From: Candidatus Limnocylindrales bacterium
GTDB taxonomy: Bacteria > Chloroflexota > Limnocylindria > Limnocylindrales > CSP1-4
Assembly: GCA_050008515.1 (NCBI GenBank)
Contig: JBEKMM010000005.1
Span: 70,888 to 134,887, forward strand
Direction of reading: 5' to 3'
Length of the DNA stretch: 64,000 nucleotides
Of the stretch, positions 58,158 to 64,000 are shown piece by piece. The translations under genes were made by a program, and so were the position numbers. The stretch's first letter is position 1, and each line of letters begins with the position of its first letter. The notes below the pieces were generated by a model. That model saw only the letters and a program-made list of their open reading frames with translations. It had not been told where the DNA came from and ran no database searches.

Positions 58158-60551
58158 CTAGTACGGCCAGACCCAGTCGGCGATCTCGGGCGCGTCCTCG
58201 CCCTCGGCGCGGGTGTAGGCGCGGGCTTCGGTGCGCTTGTCCTGCATCAGCTGGCGAACGTGGCCGGCCCGCGGCGCCAGCCCGGGGATCCGGTCGATCG
58301 CGTCGATCACGAGATGGAAGCGGTCCAGGTCGTTGAGCATGACCATGTCGAACGGAGTGGTGGTCGTGCCCTCTTCCTTGTAGCCGCGGACGTGGAGGTT
58401 GTCGTGGCCGTGGCGGCGGTAGGTAAGGCGGTGGATCAACCACGGGTAGCCGTGGTAGGCGAAGACGATCGGCTTGTCGGCGGTGAAGAGCGAGTCGAAC
58501 TCCTGGTCCGTCATGCCGTGCGGGTGCTCGGTCTCGGGCTGGAGGCGCATCAGGTCGACCACGTTGACGACCCGGATCTTCACGTCGGGCAGATGCTGGC
58601 GCATCAGGTCGACGGCGGCGAGGGTCTCCAGCGTGGGGATATCGCCGCAGCATGCCATCACGACATCGGGTTCGCCGACCTGGTCGTTGCTGGCCCAGTC
58701 CCAGATGCCGATGCCGCGGGTGCAGTGGAGAATCGCCTCCTCCATAGTCAGCCAGTTCGGGGCGGGCTGCTTGCCGGCCACGATGACGTTGACGTAGTTG
58801 CGGCTGCGCAGGCAGTGGTCGGTGACCGACAGCATCGTGTTCGCGTCCGGCGGCAGGTAGACGCGGATGATCTCGGCCTTCTTGTTGACCACGTGGTCGA
58901 TGAAGCCCGGGTCCTGGTGGGTGAAGCCGTTGTGGTCCTGGCGCCAGACGAGGGACGAAAGCACGTAGTTGAGCGAGGCGATCGGGCGGCGCCACGGAAT
59001 GTCGCGCGTCACCTTCAGCCACTTGGCGTGCTGGTTGAACATCGAGTCGATGATGTGGATGAAGGCCTCGTAGCAGTTGAACATGCCGTGCCGGCCGGTC
59101 AGCAGGTAGCCCTCCAGCCAGCCCTCGCACTGGTGCTCGGAGAGGACCTCCATGACCCGGCCGTCGGTCGAGAGATGGTCGTCGCCGGGGATGACCTCGG
59201 CATCCCAGGCTCGATCGGTCACCTCGAAGATCGCCTGGAAGCGGTTCGAGGCCGTCTCGTCCGGCCCGAACATCCGGAAGTTGTCGGGGTTCTTGGCCAT
59301 GACGTCGCGGACGAACGTGCCGGCCACATACGTCGCCTCGCTCGTCGAGCTGCCCGGCTTGGGCACGTCGACGGCGTACTCGCGGAAGTCGGGCAGGACC
59401 AGCTCGCGCAGCAGCAGGCCGCCGTTGGCGTGGGGGTTGGCGCCCATTCGCCGCTTGCCGTGCGGGGCCAGCGCCGCGAGCTCGGGCAGCAGCCTGCCCT
59501 TCTCGTCGAAGAGCTCCTCGGGCTTGTAGCTGCGCAGCCAGGTCTCGAGCAGCGCTCGGTGGGCCGGGTTGGTCCGGGCAGCGTCAATCGGGACCTGATG
59601 CGATCGCCAGGTGCCCTCGACCTGCTTGCCGTCGACCATCTTCGGCCCGGTCCAGCCCTTGGGCGTCCGAAGCACGATCATCGGCCAGGCGGGCCGCCCC
59701 TTCGGCTTGCCCGATCGGGCGGCCTTCTGGATCTCGCAGATCTCGTCGAGGACGGTGTCGAGAGTCGCAGCCAGCGCCTGATGCACGACGGCCGGGTCGT
59801 CGGCCGTGACGAAGTACGGGTTGTACCCGTAGCCGACCATGAGGTCGCGCAGCTCGCCCTCGGGGATGCGGGCCAGAACGGTGGGGTTGGCGATCTTGTA
59901 GCCGTTGAGGTGCAGGATCGGCAGGACGGCGCCGTCGCCCTTGGGGTCGAGGAACTTGTTCGAGTGCCAGCCGGTCGCCAGCGGGCCGGTCTCGGCCTCG
60001 CCATCGCCGACGATGCAGCACACCAGGAGGTCGGGGTTGTCGAAGGCGGCGCCGTACGCGTGCGAGAGCGAGTAGCCGAGCTCGCCGCCCTCGTGGATCG
60101 AGCCGGGGGTCTCCGGGGCGACGTGGCTGGGGATGCCGCCCGGGAACGAGAACTGGCGGAAGAGCTTGCGCATGCCGTCTTCATCGCGCGTGATGCTCGG
60201 GTAGAAGTCGGTGTAGCTGCCCTCGAGATACGTGTTGGCGACGAGGCCCGGGCCGCCGTGCCCGGGGCCGATGATGTAGATGCAGTTGAGGTCGCGGGCC
60301 TTGATCTCGCGGTTCATGTGGGCGTAGATGAGGTTGAGGCCCGGGGTGGTGCCCCAGTGGCCGAGCAGCCTCGGCTTGACGTCGCCGGCCTCGAGGGGCC
60401 GCCGCAGCAGCGCGTTGTCGAGCAGGTAGATCTGCCCGACCGACAGGTAGTTGGCCGCCCGCCAGTAAGCGTCGATCAATCGGAGCTCATCGGCCGATAG
60501 CGGTCCGCTGGCGGCTCCCGCCGGTCGAGCTGTCGTGCCGCTGTCAGCCAT
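58158..60551 (-). CDS. Phosphoketolase (xylulose-5-P/fructose-6-P phosphoketolase)
   Basis: 797 aa. [29 protein letters not shown], and [22 protein letters not shown]. Confidence 0.9.
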   Translation of the reverse strand: MADSGTTARPAGAASGPLSADELRLIDAYWRAANYLSVGQIYLLDNALLRRPLEAGDVKPRLLGHWGTTPGLNLIYAHMNREIKARDLNCIYIIGPGHGGPGLVANTYLEGSYTDFYPSITRDEDGMRKLFRQFSFPGGIPSHVAPETPGSIHEGGELGYSLSHAYGAAFDNPDLLVCCIVGDGEAETGPLATGWHSNKFLDPKGDGAVLPILHLNGYKIANPTVLARIPEGELRDLMVGYGYNPYFVTADDPAVVHQALAATLDTVLDEICEIQKAARSGKPKGRPAWPMIVLRTPKGWTGPKMVDGKQVEGTWRSHQVPIDAARTNPAHRALLETWLRSYKPEELFDEKGRLLPELAALAPHGKRRMGANPHANGGLLLRELVLPDFREYAVDVPKPGSSTSEATYVAGTFVRDVMAKNPDNFRMFGPDETASNRFQAIFEVTDRAWDAEVIPGDDHLSTDGRVMEVLSEHQCEGWLEGYLLTGRHGMFNCYEAFIHIIDSMFNQHAKWLKVTRDIPWRRPIASLNYVLSSLVWRQDHNGFTHQDPGFIDHVVNKKAEIIRVYLPPDANTMLSVTDHCLRSRNYVNVIVAGKQPAPNWLTMEEAILHCTRGIGIWDWASNDQVGEPDVVMACCGDIPTLETLAAVDLMRQHLPDVKIRVVNVVDLMRLQPETEHPHGMTDQEFDSLFTADKPIVFAYHGYPWLIHRLTYRRHGHDNLHVRGYKEEGTTTTPFDMVMLNDLDRFHLVIDAIDRIPGLAPRAGHVRQLMQDKRTEARAYTRAEGEDAPEIADWVWPY

Positions 60552-60709
60552 GGTGGGGTCTCCTTGGAGTCGATTGGAGTCGATGCCGATCCGGCCTTCC
60601 GTTCGTCGCCGTCAATCTTGCCGGACTGGGGCAAATGGCGCGCGGGCGGTCGACCATGCGCTCGGCGGGGACGTCCGGGGCCGCGTCAGCTACGAGAACC
60701 TCTCGCTCC

Positions 60710-61468
60710 TCAGACCTCGAAGCGGTCGCCCTCGGTGACGATCTGGATCGGGCCGGCGAAGGCGGCCTGGCCGACGGCGAGCGCGTCGGCGCGCGAGTAG
60801 CCCATCTGGATGTGGGTCAGCAGGAGGCGTGCGGCCTGGCCGGCGGTCGCGGCCCGGCCGGCATCGGCGGCGGTCAGATGCTCGGCGCCCGCGGGAACCG
60901 GCCCGGCTCCGAATGAGGCCTCGGAGAGCAGCGTGTCGCCGGGGCGGATCAGCGGGACCAGGTCGTCGGCACGGCCGCAGTCGCCGGAGTAGACGAGGCC
61001 CGGGCCGGAGGGCGCTCCCGCGGCGCCGGCGATGGACACCCGAAACGCGTAGCTCTCCTCGGTGTGATGGACGAGGCGCGCCTCCACCTCGAACGGCCCG
61101 ACGCGCTGCAGCGCGGCCAGCGGCCCCACGTCCAGTGAGGCCGCGGCGAACCCGGCCTGGGCATGGAGCGCGTCCAGCCTGTCTCCGAGGCCCACCGGGC
61201 CCATGACCCGTACGCGTCGGGGCGGGTCGAACTCGAAGCGCAGGTAGTGGCGCAACGGGACGAGATCGATGAAGTGGTCGGGGTGGAGGTGGCTGACGAC
61301 GACCGCGGCGAGCTCGCTCGGCTCGAGCGTGGACGCCAGGTTCGGGAACGCGCCCTGGCCCAGCTCCAGGAGGAGCGCCGCCTCACCGGCGCGCACGAGG
61401 TAGCTCGACGCGGCCGCTCCGCGACGGTCGGTATAGGCGGGCCCTGCCCCGATGACGATCAGCTCCAT
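60710..61468 (-). CDS. MBL-fold metallo-hydrolase (RNase Z / beta-lactamase-like)
   Basis: VVSHLHPDHF (HxHxDH). Confidence 0.65.
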   Translation of the reverse strand: MELIVIGAGPAYTDRRGAAASSYLVRAGEAALLLELGQGAFPNLASTLEPSELAAVVVSHLHPDHFIDLVPLRHYLRFEFDPPRRVRVMGPVGLGDRLDALHAQAGFAAASLDVGPLAALQRVGPFEVEARLVHHTEESYAFRVSIAGAAGAPSGPGLVYSGDCGRADDLVPLIRPGDTLLSEASFGAGPVPAGAEHLTAADAGRAATAGQAARLLLTHIQMGYSRADALAVGQAAFAGPIQIVTEGDRFEV

Positions 61469-61514
61469 CGGGCAAGGGTAAGCGGGCGGGCGGGCGGCCG
61501 CTGTCGGCCAGGCG

Positions 61515-62407
61515 TCAGTCCCGCGCGGAAGTTCGGCCGCGGAACCGCTCGGGTAGGACCAGGTCGCCGCGGTCCACGGCCCGCTGAAGCGCCAATCGAT
61601 CGAAACCCGCGGCAGTCACGATCTCGCAGGCCTCCTCGATCCCGAACGCGAAGCAGTTGGGCAGGTGCGAATCCGATCCCACTGTGACCCGCTGCCCGCC
61701 CAGCTCGCGGAACCTGGCCACGACCCACGGCGCCGGGTACGTCTCGCCGGTCTGCTGGCGCAGCCCCGACGCGTTCACTTCGAGGGTCGTGCCGCTTTCC
61801 ACCAGCGCGACCAGGAGCGGCTCGTAGACCTCGGGAATGGCCGCGTAGTCGGCCGCGGGCCAATACGCGATGAGGTAGCGCTTGATCATGTCCAGGTGGC
61901 CCAGGGTGTCGAACAGGCCGCTCCGAATCGCGGCGGCGACTTCGGCGAAGTACGGCGCCACCGCTTCGGCGAGGGTCTTGCCGGCCACGAACGACGCGAT
62001 CCGCGACCGGGCGTATGGCCCATCCGACATGTTGTGGACGGAGCCGATCGAGTAGTCGTACGAGTGAGTGCCGAGGTGCTCGCGGATCTCGTCCTCGTAG
62101 CGGCTCTCGTACGTCAGCTCCACGCCGAATCGGATCGTGACCTTGCCGGCCCACCGTTCCGCGGCGTCCCGGACCACCTTCTCGCGGTGCCTGTACGAGG
62201 CGTACTGGTAGGCCGGCGCCCCCGGCATGAAGTCGAGGTGATCCGTGATGGCGATCTCGCGGACTCCGCGCTCGGCTGCCTGGGCGCAGTAGAGCTCCAG
62301 CGGCACGGCCGAATCGGGCGAAAGGTCGGTATGGAGGTGCGCGTCGAGCGGGACGTCGAACGCCTGGGCGGGCTGACGCCGGCCGTCCTGGGGAGCGCGC
62401 TTCTCCA

Positions 62408-62408
<1 letters not shown>
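61515..62408 (-). CDS. PHP-family histidinol-phosphatase-like protein (HisJ/HisK type)
   Basis: DAHLHTDLSPDS, TDHLDFMPG, and GSDSH. GTG 62408 proposed (1-nt overlap with upstream stop); the alternative 62462 would overlap the upstream gene by 54 nt. Confidence 0.65.
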
Positions 62409-63640
<1,232 letters not shown>

Positions 63641-63824
63641 CGAGCTTGCCGTCCTTCCGACCGATCGAGCGTGCTTCCGCCGTGGCTTGCCGACGCCCGT
63701 CCGAGCGCGCCTCCGCCCGATCGTTCAACCACCTCGGTCGTCATCGTCAGCCTCCGTGCGGCACCCCAGACGGGGCCATCATAGGCCGGCTATCCAGCGC
63801 CGCTTTGGGGACCGGCCCGTCTCC

Positions 63825-63911
63825 GTCATTTACGCCCACCAGGCGTGTCTGACATCAACTGCGCCGATTCGCCGTCACTTACGCCCACCAGGCGTGGCTG
63901 ACATCAACTGC
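63825..63911. repeat. Two 38-bp direct repeats GTCA(T/C)TTACGCCCACCAGGCGTG(T/G)CTGACATCAACTGC separated by 11 bp
   Basis: Copies at 63825-63862 and 63874-63911 (36/38 identical), about 190-270 bp upstream of the minus-strand Kbl-like gene start. Confidence 0.8.
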
Positions 63912-64000
63912 TGAGTCGGGTTGGCTATTCGTCAGTCCGGCTGCCTTTCCGGGTACTGCCGGAACTCCTCGACCATCTTCCAGAACTCGTCAACGTAACG

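Overview
This is a 64-kb, roughly 70% GC bacterial chromosomal segment that is densely coding on both strands. Features suggest a Gram-positive-type lineage (high-GC Actinomycetota- or Chloroflexota-like): LexA operators of the Cheo type (GAAC-N4-GTTC) embedded in TTGACA-N17-TAnnnT promoters, Pro/Thr-rich linkers in many exported proteins, and LAAAC lipoboxes. No rRNA, tRNA, CRISPR array or transposase could be supported, and I will not name a taxon.

Housekeeping genes: pcm, dnaB, lexA, rplI, dinB, argS, phosphoketolase, and a Kbl/BioF-like gene. There are two folate/histidine one-carbon loci. One is FTCD-C-type cyclodeaminase–folD–fhs at 30.1-33.5 kb. The other is hutU–ftcD (transferase only)–hutI at 47-52.7 kb.

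Accessory or interesting content:
- 1-7.1 kb: a glycoconjugate-assembly locus. It holds a truncated GT-C transferase, a Dpm1/Ppm1-like GT2 polyprenol-phosphate sugar synthase, a DUF2029/GT87-like protein, a CelD/FemAB-type GNAT, a GT4, and a convergent PIG-L/LmbE deacetylase. The arrangement reads like a bacterial GPI/PIM/mycothiol-type pathway gathered in one place.
- 38.8-44 kb: a second envelope-glycan operon with a GT2 fused to a polytopic membrane domain, a flippase-like protein, an SDR epimerase and a nucleotide-sugar dehydrogenase.
- 13.9-16.1 kb: a dodecin gene followed by an XRE repressor, an ImmA/IrrE Zn-peptidase and a convergent PIN-like (DUF4411-like) protein, immediately beside dnaB and lexA.
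- 11.8-12.6 kb: a 760-bp gene-free, lower-GC island with a 3 x 27-bp tandem repeat and a small ORF of atypical codon usage.
- An SOS unit: an autoregulated lexA promoter, and a second promoter with two Cheo boxes driving an uncharacterised 90-aa protein just downstream of dinB.

Many long Arg-rich ORFs in the six-frame track are high-GC antisense or out-of-frame artefacts and were rejected.
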